Shown here: positions 38,137-47,291 of the stretch, piece by piece
Position numbering within the stretch: the first letter of the stretch is position 1
Layout: every line of letters starts with the position of its first letter
Assembly (NCBI GenBank): GCA_036569045.1
Contig: DATCRI010000009.1
Coordinates: forward strand, 48,464 to 112,463
DNA: 64,000 nt
Source: Chthoniobacterales bacterium
GTDB taxonomy: Bacteria; Verrucomicrobiota; Verrucomicrobiia; Chthoniobacterales; JAATET01
Reading direction: 5' to 3'
Notes under the pieces: generated by a model
What the model saw: the letters and a program-made list of their open reading frames with translations, nothing else
The model's database searches: none
What the model was told of the DNA's origin: nothing
Made by a program: the position numbers and the translations under genes

Positions 38137-41100
38137 TTAACGGGGGAGGAATGGGGGCAGATCCATGCTCTCGAAAAGCGGTGCCTCCTGAACCACACCG
38201 TCCGCATTGACGAGGCGGCGGGTGTTCATGTTGAGCGTGGTGGCCAGGGCCTCGACCATGCGGCATTCGAGGTCCTGTTTGTCCCGGAGGGCAAGTTCGC
38301 GCAGCGCTTGGAGCAAAGGCTTGAAAGCCGGTTCGCTTGCCAGCGCCCATTGGTTGAAAAGCTGCTGAACGTCGGAGGCCCCGCCTTGATGCAGGAGCAC
38401 GAGGAGGCGATGCACACGATCGATCAACGGCGACGGCCCGCCGCCCCGGGGTTCGCCGATGTCTTCGTTGCGGCCACGTTCCAACCAGTCCACCAGAGCG
38501 AGCTCGTTGCCCTTGGCCTCCACCGGTTCGCCGTTCTCCGGCGAATCCTCCTCATCCGCCTTCTTCGGACGCCCCTTCTTTTTACCTCCCTGGGCAAGGA
38601 CGCGCCACACCATCTGCAACTCGCCGAGATTCTTCCCGCAACTCATCGCGTAGAGGATGCAGGCGCCAGCCGGTGCCGGATCGAGGCCGAAGGTCGAACG
38701 ATGCAGCAGGTAAAACTGTGTCACCGGGTCAAGATCGAGCCCCTCGGCATGGAGCAATCGGCCAAGTGCAAATTGAAGGACCAGCTTCCGCACTTCGCGG
38801 AGGAAATCCGCGACCTCCATGTTGCCGCCGCCGCCCGCCTTGCGAACGAAGGGATGCGCGCTGTAGGCCTCGAGCGCCGGGCCAAGCGCGGCCCACAAAA
38901 AGTCGGGTCCGATGATGCCTTGGTCGAAATAATACTGGAGGATGTTTTTGTTTCCGAGTTCCGGACGCGGATCGAAAAGCTTCGATTCCATGGCTTCCAA
39001 AACCTGTTCGTCCCAACCAGGCGTGGCGCTTTTAGGTCGCTTTCTACAAACGAGCCAAACCGAAGATCCCAGCGATACACGATTGTGATTTCGAAACCCT
39101 CCTCGCATTTCCGTTTGGATTGGCCAACTCGCACTGGTGACGAAACCAGCGCGAATAATCGCCGCAACCAAAGTTTCCCAGGCGTCGACTTCCTGGTTGG
39201 CGAACACAATTACGTATCGCCCATTATCATCAAGACTTTCAGCTGAGCGTTTGAAGGCCCGGGCCATCCCATCTTCGTAGGCCAACTTAGCCTTCCGCTT
39301 ATCTCCACCATGTCGGGATTCATCTTCAATCAATTCTCCGTCAGAATGGTCATTGTCCCATTTTGGAGCCAATTGTCGCTCATAGGCCTTCTGAAATTCT
39401 TCATTTAGATCGGCGACAATCCTTTTTTGCCACACAAAGAAGAAATCCATCAGGTCCGAATACGGAATCGCATCGTAATACGGCGGATCAGTAAAAACTA
39501 CATCGTTGCCCAAATGCATTGAAACGATGCTGCTTTCACAGCGGACTTCAGGAGAAATTTCGGTTCCCGCCGCGGCATTCATCAACGCTTCTATAGCAAG
39601 AGCGGCATAGTGAATTCCTCCCGAGTAATACCGATCTGCTTCAGATAGAGGATTGGCCTCTGCGCAATCCCACGTAATGGGGAACGCAAACCTTGAAAAG
39701 GTCTGCTTGACCTCGCCTGCAGCCGAATCCCAGATGCACTGCATGCTCATGTAATTGGCAAGTTTCCCGAAAACCACTGCTAGCCCAGCGGCTAATGCCT
39801 CAGCGGCGTCAACTCGATGGTTTCTAACTTGCTCGACGGCAGATCTAGTGTGCTTAACAAATGCACCAAGCGAAAGCAGTTGGCGTGGCAAATAAAAGAG
39901 ACGCCACGTTTTTATGCCATATTTATGGAGCGAAAACGCACGAGCAGCTCCGCTGCCGCCGCCTGCAGGAGTAGGTTCATCGGGAATTCCAAATGGAATT
40001 GATGAAAACATGCTTTCGAGTTCATCAGCCTCAACACAGGCAGCCTCAACTTCCGCGACATTCGGAAGCCTATAGATTTTCTGAACCTTCCTTATTTCCT
40101 TCTGCTTGCCGTTTTTTCCCTCGGTGATGGTGACTTTTGTTCGCTCAACGACCACCGCTGTCATCTGCTTATCCAGCAGTTCTTTTTGCCCTTGGAAACG
40201 TAAATCCTCCATTGTCAGTGCAATGGTCGTAGGCCTGCCACTGCAGGGGCTCCAGACACCGGCCCTGTTCATCGTTCCACGATCAAGGAACCCAAGGAGG
40301 TTCTCTCCAGATACGCCCCATGCCTCCAAATGAGAGAAGCGCTCGCGAAGGAGCCGCGACCACTCTTCCTGCGCATGAACAAAGAAGTCCTCCTCAATCA
40401 GCCGGAACTCGACGCTCTTATTGTCCGGCGCTGGCACAGGAATCAAGGCACTGCGACGCCCCCTCTTCTTGCATAGCCAAAAAGTCTTCAACAAAGGGAT
40501 GCGAGCGAACGGCTCCGACTTGTCGCGAGCCGTCCGTGCCCAGAGGTAGGCAACCGCAGGCTCCCCGTTGATCACGGGGTAACGCGAAGCAAGTTCCTGC
40601 CGAGCGCGTTCCAGCACCCACCGTCCCCACGCGCGGACATGCCAGGCGAGATTCGCCTCGGGGAGGTCGAGCATTTCGAGTTGCTTGTCGTCCGTGAAAT
40701 GGGGCTTTCGTCCGCCCTTGCGCTTCTTGACCTTGCCGGCCTGGAAATCCTCCACGAAGTCCGGCCACTCTTTGACGAAATCCGGCAGCGGCCATGTTTT
40801 CCCCGCGAATCGCTGGGGATAATCGAGCGTGCATTTGAGAATGAACCACGCGACCGGATTCAAATCCGAAGCCGTTACCTGACAGCCCAGGCGCATGGCC
40901 TCCAGCGGGATCGCCCCGCCGCCGGCAAACGGATCAAGCACGCGGGGCGCCTTCCCTCCGTAAAACTCCCGCACCAGCTTGCGAAAGTCATCCATCGCCG
41001 AGGCATTCTCCTGCCCCCAAGCCAGCACGCCCCCTTTGACCACTTCCTTCTCCTCAACGAGACGCTGTCCGTCCTCGTCCACCGACTCGACGATCTCCGT

Positions 41101-41331
41101 CTCGATGCGCCCGCCAATCGCGTCGAGCAAAGCCTGACGCTTTTCCGGATCACCGGGGTCCGGCAGCAACGTCGCCAGCAGCGCTGCCCGGCACGCAGCC
41201 AAAGGACGTCGCGCCGGCCAGATGTGCAACGTGGAAATATGTCCATGCCGGACATTCTTCTCATGCACGCTAGCCACCGACGCCTGACGGAGCGGGAAAG
41301 CAATTTCAATAAGTCGTGGGCGGTCGGTCAT
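38137..41331 (-). CDS. DUF1156-domain DNA methyltransferase (amino-methyltransferase, DPPY type)
   Basis: 1064 aa. N-terminal IEIAFPL...HGHISTLHIWPARRPLAACRA (DUF1156), AdoMet motif LDPFAGGGAIPLEA, catalytic FTDPPYYD. Confidence 0.9.
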   Translation of the reverse strand: MTDRPRLIEIAFPLRQASVASVHEKNVRHGHISTLHIWPARRPLAACRAALLATLLPDPGDPEKRQALLDAIGGRIETEIVESVDEDGQRLVEEKEVVKGGVLAWGQENASAMDDFRKLVREFYGGKAPRVLDPFAGGGAIPLEAMRLGCQVTASDLNPVAWFILKCTLDYPQRFAGKTWPLPDFVKEWPDFVEDFQAGKVKKRKGGRKPHFTDDKQLEMLDLPEANLAWHVRAWGRWVLERARQELASRYPVINGEPAVAYLWARTARDKSEPFARIPLLKTFWLCKKRGRRSALIPVPAPDNKSVEFRLIEEDFFVHAQEEWSRLLRERFSHLEAWGVSGENLLGFLDRGTMNRAGVWSPCSGRPTTIALTMEDLRFQGQKELLDKQMTAVVVERTKVTITEGKNGKQKEIRKVQKIYRLPNVAEVEAACVEADELESMFSSIPFGIPDEPTPAGGGSGAARAFSLHKYGIKTWRLFYLPRQLLSLGAFVKHTRSAVEQVRNHRVDAAEALAAGLAVVFGKLANYMSMQCIWDSAAGEVKQTFSRFAFPITWDCAEANPLSEADRYYSGGIHYAALAIEALMNAAAGTEISPEVRCESSIVSMHLGNDVVFTDPPYYDAIPYSDLMDFFFVWQKRIVADLNEEFQKAYERQLAPKWDNDHSDGELIEDESRHGGDKRKAKLAYEDGMARAFKRSAESLDDNGRYVIVFANQEVDAWETLVAAIIRAGFVTSASWPIQTEMRGGFRNHNRVSLGSSVWLVCRKRPKSATPGWDEQVLEAMESKLFDPRPELGNKNILQYYFDQGIIGPDFLWAALGPALEAYSAHPFVRKAGGGGNMEVADFLREVRKLVLQFALGRLLHAEGLDLDPVTQFYLLHRSTFGLDPAPAGACILYAMSCGKNLGELQMVWRVLAQGGKKKGRPKKADEEDSPENGEPVEAKGNELALVDWLERGRNEDIGEPRGGGPSPLIDRVHRLLVLLHQGGASDVQQLFNQWALASEPAFKPLLQALRELALRDKQDLECRMVEALATTLNMNTRRLVNADGVVQEAPLFESMDLPPFLPR

Positions 41332-41337
41332 GCAGTT

Positions 41338-42471
41338 TTACGATTGAAAGTTTTCCACGTATCCAAAGACATCAGAAAGAGACGCAAAGGTTTGATTAGC
41401 AACTCGGCGGAACGAACCGCTTCCAACCCTTGCTCGCTCCAGAACCGGTTCGGCGCCGATCCGGCGGGGTCGAAGAGAAGCGCGCCAGTCCCACCCCTGC
41501 CAATCCGAGGCTTCAAAACGGTCATCCGCGGTTTTCCAATTCGGCAGATTGATTTGAAGCAACTTCGAATGAAATTCCAATGCTGTGCCAAATCGCTTAG
41601 CTAGGTCAGGATTGGTTGCGCTTTTTATGAGTCGGCGAAGCCTTTGCGAAAAGTAAGGGACCGGCTCCCTTCCATGCGACAATAGAGATTCCTTATCCGC
41701 GAGTGCCTTAATGCACTCCCGATTCAGGCGAGATTGCTCGAAACCGTCGAGCTGATCATAGGGCGTGCCATCTCGATTTAGCTGACGTTGAGCTTTGGGC
41801 AGCACGTAATGTGCATAGCTGTAGTTCATGGGACCGTTCACCATCTCATACAGCACCATGCCCACCTGATACAAATCGGAGGAAAATCGGTATCTGCCCC
41901 CCATTGCCTCCGGCGGAACATAGAGGATCGAGTGCCGGGATGCCGTGCAGTAATCGACCGCGTCGGGAATCCTCGCAACAGAACCGAAATCGGTAATTTT
42001 CGCTACGCCGTCACTCGAAATAAGGATATTAGCTGGCTTGAGATCGCGATGAACAAACCGCAGGTGATGAAGCTGGTGCACGCCTTGAAGCACTTGCGTG
42101 GCTATGCGCACCGCATCCTGCTGCCCGATCTCAGAGGCTTGCATGCGAGCCAGCAGGCTTCCCCCTTCGACGTATTCCATTTGCAGGCAAACGTAATCAT
42201 CGTCGCCGATCTTAAACACGTCACCGTCAAAGACTCTGACAATATTGGTACAGCCGTTCGATTGCGTGGCCTGAGTCAAAAGTCGCGGCTCTCTCAGGGT
42301 CAGTTCCGTCTCCTCAGTTCCGAGGTAAAACACCTTGAGAAAAACGTCGCGCTCTAGATGATCGTGAAAGGCCCTGAAGGCATACGCGTTTGCGCCTTCA
42401 CGATTCTCATCGAGAATCGTGAATTTTCCCAATCCCCTCAGCGCTGACAATATGTCTGAGTCAGACGGCAT
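41338..42471 (-). CDS. Ser/Thr protein kinase (Hanks-type) with uncharacterised C-terminal domain
   Basis: VFLKV (Lys), HRDLKPANILIS catalytic loop, DFGSVA, YVPPE. Start could also be ATG 42492. The stop lies 6 nt before the methyltransferase start. Confidence 0.85.
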   Translation of the reverse strand: MPSDSDILSALRGLGKFTILDENREGANAYAFRAFHDHLERDVFLKVFYLGTEETELTLREPRLLTQATQSNGCTNIVRVFDGDVFKIGDDDYVCLQMEYVEGGSLLARMQASEIGQQDAVRIATQVLQGVHQLHHLRFVHRDLKPANILISSDGVAKITDFGSVARIPDAVDYCTASRHSILYVPPEAMGGRYRFSSDLYQVGMVLYEMVNGPMNYSYAHYVLPKAQRQLNRDGTPYDQLDGFEQSRLNRECIKALADKESLLSHGREPVPYFSQRLRRLIKSATNPDLAKRFGTALEFHSKLLQINLPNWKTADDRFEASDWQGWDWRASLRPRRIGAEPVLERARVGSGSFRRVANQTFASLSDVFGYVENFQS

Positions 42472-42916
42472 TGTGAACACACCACGCTGCATGAGCGGGC
42501 TTGGTGAGGTATTTGGGCCGAATCTCCAGCCCTCCGTTATAAATATCCCATAACGAGTTGCCCGTGATCTGCATGACTTTCCGATCAACCGCGGCGCGAA
42601 CTGTCAAAATCGAAATTAAGGAACAAGGAACTCCCGATTCCCGGCAGGCGATTTGAAGGGCAAACTCCACCTTCGCCCTCAACACGGAACAACCTTTATC
42701 CGCGCGAATGATGCCCACTCGCTCTACACCCAAGGTTTGAAAATGGTTTCTGGCGGACTGGGTGAGGGCAAGAAGGTTTCCGCAATCATCGGTATCCGCC
42801 TGAGGCAGCGCGAGTGAGTTATCAGTTAAAAACTCGAACACTCCTCCATTCTTATCTCCATCGAGAATAACCCATTTCAGGTCGCCTGATACGATTTCAA
42901 TGCCTAGAGCTTTCAT
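42461..42916 (-). CDS. Hypothetical 151-aa protein (possibly DUF3010-like)
   Basis: MKALGIEIVSGDLKWVILDGD... recalls DUF3010 N-termini, from memory only. Overlaps the kinase start. Confidence 0.4.
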   Translation of the reverse strand: MKALGIEIVSGDLKWVILDGDKNGGVFEFLTDNSLALPQADTDDCGNLLALTQSARNHFQTLGVERVGIIRADKGCSVLRAKVEFALQIACRESGVPCSLISILTVRAAVDRKVMQITGNSLWDIYNGGLEIRPKYLTKPAHAAWCVHNAV

Positions 42917-42943
42917 TGTGTTTTTCGGTGGTCGGCAGCGGAT

Positions 42944-43495
42944 TTAGGGGTCGATAAACTTGAACTCCCGCATAAGAGGAGAATCCGCATCCCTCCAAAT
43001 CTCCTTTTTCTGGCGAAGCTTGTGGACGATCCGGTCGCGAAGAATCCAAGGGTTCACCCAAGCCTCGTTACCTTTCTCCACGACGACATCGTCCTGCTTT
43101 CCCGTGAGGATCCAGATGTAGTCCCCGCCTGCCTTGGGCATGCCTCGATGGAGCAATCCATTTCGCCAGTCCGACCAAAAGCGAAACGCCATCTGCTCGG
43201 AGACACCGAAATCTTCACCGATGTATCGGAAAACTTTGGCTCCCTCCGAAAATTTGTAATCGGGCGGAAGGCCATGCACGGCTCGGAGATATTTCTCGTA
43301 GAGCAGGAAGCAGATCGCGAGACAAACGAAGGCCTCATGTCCCGACATTTTCTCAAGCGGTTCGAGATACCACTGCTCAATCAATTCCTTTCGTGTAGCG
43401 CCAGTATCGGCCGAAGCCGGACCCGAATGTGAAGGCTGTGCGGTGTATCCGGGAGGAGCCTGGCCAGTGATGAGGTGTTTGGAATAATCAGTCAT
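42944..43495 (-). CDS. Hypothetical 183-aa protein with HEPN-like Rx4H motif
   Basis: FRFWSDWRNGLLHRG contains R-N-x3-H (Rx4-6H with a polar residue after R) in the C-terminal half of a helical-looking protein. 8-nt overlap with the helicase stop. Confidence 0.45.
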   Translation of the reverse strand: MTDYSKHLITGQAPPGYTAQPSHSGPASADTGATRKELIEQWYLEPLEKMSGHEAFVCLAICFLLYEKYLRAVHGLPPDYKFSEGAKVFRYIGEDFGVSEQMAFRFWSDWRNGLLHRGMPKAGGDYIWILTGKQDDVVVEKGNEAWVNPWILRDRIVHKLRQKKEIWRDADSPLMREFKFIDP

Positions 43496-46400
43496 TTTCG
43501 GCCTCCCTGACGATGTCGGTGAAGTTTACGGTGAAACTCTGGCGCGATTTTACCGCCAGCTTGAAAGCGGGATCTTGGACCCGGTATAGGACCGGATTCG
43601 TGGCGCAATCCACCACCACGTATAGCCAATAACGCTCTCGGACGTTCGCTGCGGTCGGCCATTCATTCTCCGTGAGATGAACGGATCCGCGGCCCGCGCG
43701 GCCTTTCACCTCGATACAGATCGGCGGCTGGTCGGGACGATAGCTCTCGAGATCGTAGCCCCGGGCCAACGCCGGCGCCGACACGTCCAGCACCCGCGCC
43801 CGAAATCGATCCACCTCGAAGTTCCGCGCGATGCGAACCGCGATGGCCTCGATATTCTTGTCGTAAGCTTCCCGGGCCTCCGGGCTCGGATCCGGCACGA
43901 CGATCCCGGTGGCGATACGCTGAAAGTGGACGATGTCCAGGAGGTCAGCCCGGCGCTGTTCACGGAGCAGGGCAGTGGCACGGTCCTCGGACAAATGCGC
44001 CTGCTCACCCCGCACTTGATCCAATTCAATGCGGAGCTTCGGATTGTCGGCTGATTCGCGAAGCTTTCGAGACAGCTCGGACCGTCTTTCCGCGAGTTCC
44101 GCCGATCGAAAGTCGAACCCTCGAGCGATGTCGCGAGCACGCGTCTCGGCTTCGGCTCTCACCGTCAGTCGCGCCTGGGTGACGATGGTCGCCTCCGCCA
44201 CGGACCTCGCGTATCGATCCGCTCGAACGATCTGCTCGTCGGGGCGATAGATCAGCCGCCCGGCTTTGTGCATCCCGGCAAGGCCGACAGCATGGAGCGC
44301 CAGCAGATGATTCGGAGCACAGACGTCGAAGCGCCCGTCTTCGTCCCATCGAATGGCGATCAACTTTCGATCCGCACGGGCAGCGGCACCTCCTTCCATT
44401 CCTCGCTCACCGACCTGACAAGTATACACCGCAACGCCGTAAGGCTTGGCGCATGTCGGATCGCACAGAAGTGCACCACGGGCCACATCGCGAGCGAATC
44501 GCGATTCCACCTCATCGCAAACCGCTTCGAAGAATGGATCGCCGGGCCGAAGGAATGCCACCTTCGACGACAGGATGTCCCCGAGGGAAAAATCCCGGCG
44601 GACCGAAAGGTAGTCGGGCAGGCCGTTAGGCAGACGCGACACGGATGGGGCCAGCCAGCGCGTCGAGCGCTGATCATAAGTCACCCGGGCGGCCGAAGTG
44701 AGATCCCCTTCGAGTTTCAGACCCAGATGTGGTGCCGACTTTTCGACGAAGTTCTGAACATAGGCGGGAAGGAGCCGGGTGAAATCTTCGGCCTCGATCT
44801 CTGTCTTGAGCTGGCCGATCCGTTTTCCAACATCCCCAAACTTCGAAGCCTGATCGCGAAGCCGCTCCACGGCAGCCCGGAGTTCCTTCGTCGCCAGCCG
44901 GGCTTCGAGTTTCTTCCGCCACCCGTCCGACTCGGGATCGGTCAAAGTTTCGAGGAGAAGATCGCGGACCTTGATGTCCTGGAGCTGCTGTCCGACGACG
45001 TCGAAAACCTTGTCGGTGCAGAGATCGTGGCGGGCATCATCGAGCTTGCGGAGGAGGGTGAGCAAGACATCGCCCTCACGCGTGCCATCGGCGATAAAAT
45101 TGAAGATACGGACCTCCGAGTGCTGCTGCCCGAATCGATGGAGACGCCCCATGCGTTGCTCCAACCTCGCCGGGTTCCACGGGATGTCATAGTTGATCAT
45201 GATCCAGGCGAACTGGAGATTGATGCCTTCGCCTGCGGCATCGGTCGCGAGCATTAGGTTCGCACTCGGCCCGTCAGGGTTCGGGACACCCATCTTCCGA
45301 CGGACATCCGGAGGCATGAAATAATTGCGCTGCACTTCTCGCTCGGCCGCCTCCACACCACCATGGATCACAGCAATGTTCGTATAGCCGAGCTGCATGA
45401 ACTGACGCTCCAGATACCGAAGGGTGTCCCGATGCTCCGTGAAAATGAGGAGCTTCTCCTGATGATACTCGGGGGACTCAATCAACTCACGCAGCTTGGT
45501 GAACTTGGCGTCTTCCCTGACTTTTGCGCCAAGCCCCAGCACGTGATCGATCAGCTCGATTTCTTCGAGTAATCGCTTGGCGTCCGCCGGACGCACGGCT
45601 TCCAGCAGACGGGCCTCGGCGCTCTCATCACCTTCCGGACCTGAACCCATCGGGTCATGATCCTCGGGAGTTGCAGCATCGAGGTCATCGATGAGATCGT
45701 TCCAAAGCCGCGGCTCTGGGTGAAACGCGGCTCCCGATTCAAGGGCGGTGACACGTTTGTCACGGATTCGACGCAGGGATTCGCTCAACGCGAAAGTCGA
45801 GCTGGCAAGGCGGCGCTGGAGCACAGCCACGACCATGGCGGCGGCGTTCTTATTCAGGGAACGATTGTTCTCGAAGCTCCAGCGAAGGTAACCCGTGGCG
45901 CCATCGTAGAAGGCGCGTTCCTCCGGAGTCAGCGGAAACACAATCGACTGCGCCAGCCGTGGCTTGTAAATCGGCCGCCCTTCATAATCGACCATCTCCT
46001 CCTTCAATCGGCGGATGAAGTGCCGCTGGCGCGTTGCCGGATCGAGAGCGTTGAGTGCCTCGTAGGTGGAGAAGATTGCGGGATTCAGGAGCCTCCACAG
46101 CGCGAAATAGGCGAACCTATTGCCCATGTGGGGGGTCGCCGTCAGCAGCAGGGCGTTCGCGGTGCGCTTACAGATTCGATCCGCGAACTGATAACGGAGC
46201 GTCGGAGAGCGATCTCTGTCGATCCAGGACAGCTTGTGCGCCTCGTCGAAGATCACCAAGTCGAACGGCGCAACTTCGCTGGACAGCAGTTTCTCCTGCA
46301 CGTTCGGCGAGGTCGCGGTGTCGATGCTGATAACGAAGAGGGACCGATTCGTGTGCTGAATCGGGTTATCGCCCTTGAAATGCGTCCCTTTTAGAATCGT

Positions 46401-46964
46401 GAAATCCAGCTCGAAAAAGAACCGGAGTTCGCGCTGCCAGTTGAATACCAACCCAGCGGGACAGCAGATCAAAACCCGTGCAAGGCGGCCGCGGTTGATC
46501 ATTTCGCGGATGTAGAGCCCGGCCATGATGGTCTTTCCTGCGCCGGCGTCGTCGGCCAGGAGGAAGCGAAGTGTGTCTTCCGTTAGCAAGTGCTCATAGA
46601 CGGCAATCCGCTGATGCGGCAGCGGAACGACGCGGGATAACTCCAGTCCGAATGCCCGATTGAAAAGATGGCCGTTTCGTAAGCGGACTGCATCAACGAC
46701 CAGCTTCACTGCCTCGGGATCACCCTCGAAATCGATTTGAACCGGGGCATGGGAAACTTCGGAAGGAAGCGCTAATACCTCTCCCTCTTGAGAAGCCCGA
46801 ACCAATTCACGCAGCCTCTGCATCCGGTCTGGCTGTGGCTCAGCATGGCCGCGTTCCCATCGATTAACGGTCGAAAACGCAACGCCAAGTTTTGCCGCCA
46901 ACTCTTGCTGTGAGAGCCGAAGAACGGACTTCCTGATGTGTTTAATCTCGGCGGCGGTCATCAA
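43488..46964 (-). CDS. XRE-HTH / SNF2-family helicase / DUF3883 nuclease-like fusion
   Basis: 1158 aa. N-terminal LSQQELAAKLGVAFSTVNRWERG. Helicase motifs LLADDAGAGKT (I), FDEAHKL (II), helicase-C region (LIFTEHRDTLRYL...QRMGRLHRFGQ). C-terminal ICIEVKGRAGRG...RYWLYVVVD...VQDP. Confidence 0.9.
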   Translation of the reverse strand: MMTAAEIKHIRKSVLRLSQQELAAKLGVAFSTVNRWERGHAEPQPDRMQRLRELVRASQEGEVLALPSEVSHAPVQIDFEGDPEAVKLVVDAVRLRNGHLFNRAFGLELSRVVPLPHQRIAVYEHLLTEDTLRFLLADDAGAGKTIMAGLYIREMINRGRLARVLICCPAGLVFNWQRELRFFFELDFTILKGTHFKGDNPIQHTNRSLFVISIDTATSPNVQEKLLSSEVAPFDLVIFDEAHKLSWIDRDRSPTLRYQFADRICKRTANALLLTATPHMGNRFAYFALWRLLNPAIFSTYEALNALDPATRQRHFIRRLKEEMVDYEGRPIYKPRLAQSIVFPLTPEERAFYDGATGYLRWSFENNRSLNKNAAAMVVAVLQRRLASSTFALSESLRRIRDKRVTALESGAAFHPEPRLWNDLIDDLDAATPEDHDPMGSGPEGDESAEARLLEAVRPADAKRLLEEIELIDHVLGLGAKVREDAKFTKLRELIESPEYHQEKLLIFTEHRDTLRYLERQFMQLGYTNIAVIHGGVEAAEREVQRNYFMPPDVRRKMGVPNPDGPSANLMLATDAAGEGINLQFAWIMINYDIPWNPARLEQRMGRLHRFGQQHSEVRIFNFIADGTREGDVLLTLLRKLDDARHDLCTDKVFDVVGQQLQDIKVRDLLLETLTDPESDGWRKKLEARLATKELRAAVERLRDQASKFGDVGKRIGQLKTEIEAEDFTRLLPAYVQNFVEKSAPHLGLKLEGDLTSAARVTYDQRSTRWLAPSVSRLPNGLPDYLSVRRDFSLGDILSSKVAFLRPGDPFFEAVCDEVESRFARDVARGALLCDPTCAKPYGVAVYTCQVGERGMEGGAAARADRKLIAIRWDEDGRFDVCAPNHLLALHAVGLAGMHKAGRLIYRPDEQIVRADRYARSVAEATIVTQARLTVRAEAETRARDIARGFDFRSAELAERRSELSRKLRESADNPKLRIELDQVRGEQAHLSEDRATALLREQRRADLLDIVHFQRIATGIVVPDPSPEAREAYDKNIEAIAVRIARNFEVDRFRARVLDVSAPALARGYDLESYRPDQPPICIEVKGRAGRGSVHLTENEWPTAANVRERYWLYVVVDCATNPVLYRVQDPAFKLAVKSRQSFTVNFTDIVREAEND

Positions 46965-47004
46965 AACAATACTAAAACCCCGGTATAATTAAATCAATAC
47001 CAAA

Positions 47005-47022
47005 ATATAGCATACGCTATAT
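47005..47022. promoter_or_regulatory. Perfect inverted repeat ATATAGC-ATAC-GCTATAT, candidate operator upstream of the HTH-helicase operon
   Basis: Lies 41-58 nt upstream of the ATG at 46964 in an AT-rich stretch. The first gene product carries an HTH. Confidence 0.3.
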
Positions 47023-47291
47023 CTCAAATTTAACCGTTCTCTATAAGCACAATGGCGCTATTACAGGGCTCTGAGAGCCTTCCGGTCCCTCAGCAACCAA
47101 CGAGCGGAATTATCAACGCCTATAGTGAAGGTGACCAAACGAAGAAATGGCGGTGCACGACTCGATTGCAGAATGGGGATTCACCGATCACCTTGCTTGC
47201 GATCTGGGATGTATCCGTAGAGGAAGGATTTGAAAAACCGGAAGGAGCTCTTTAGGAAAAGCGACCGCCCGCGGCGGGCGCGATAATGGCA

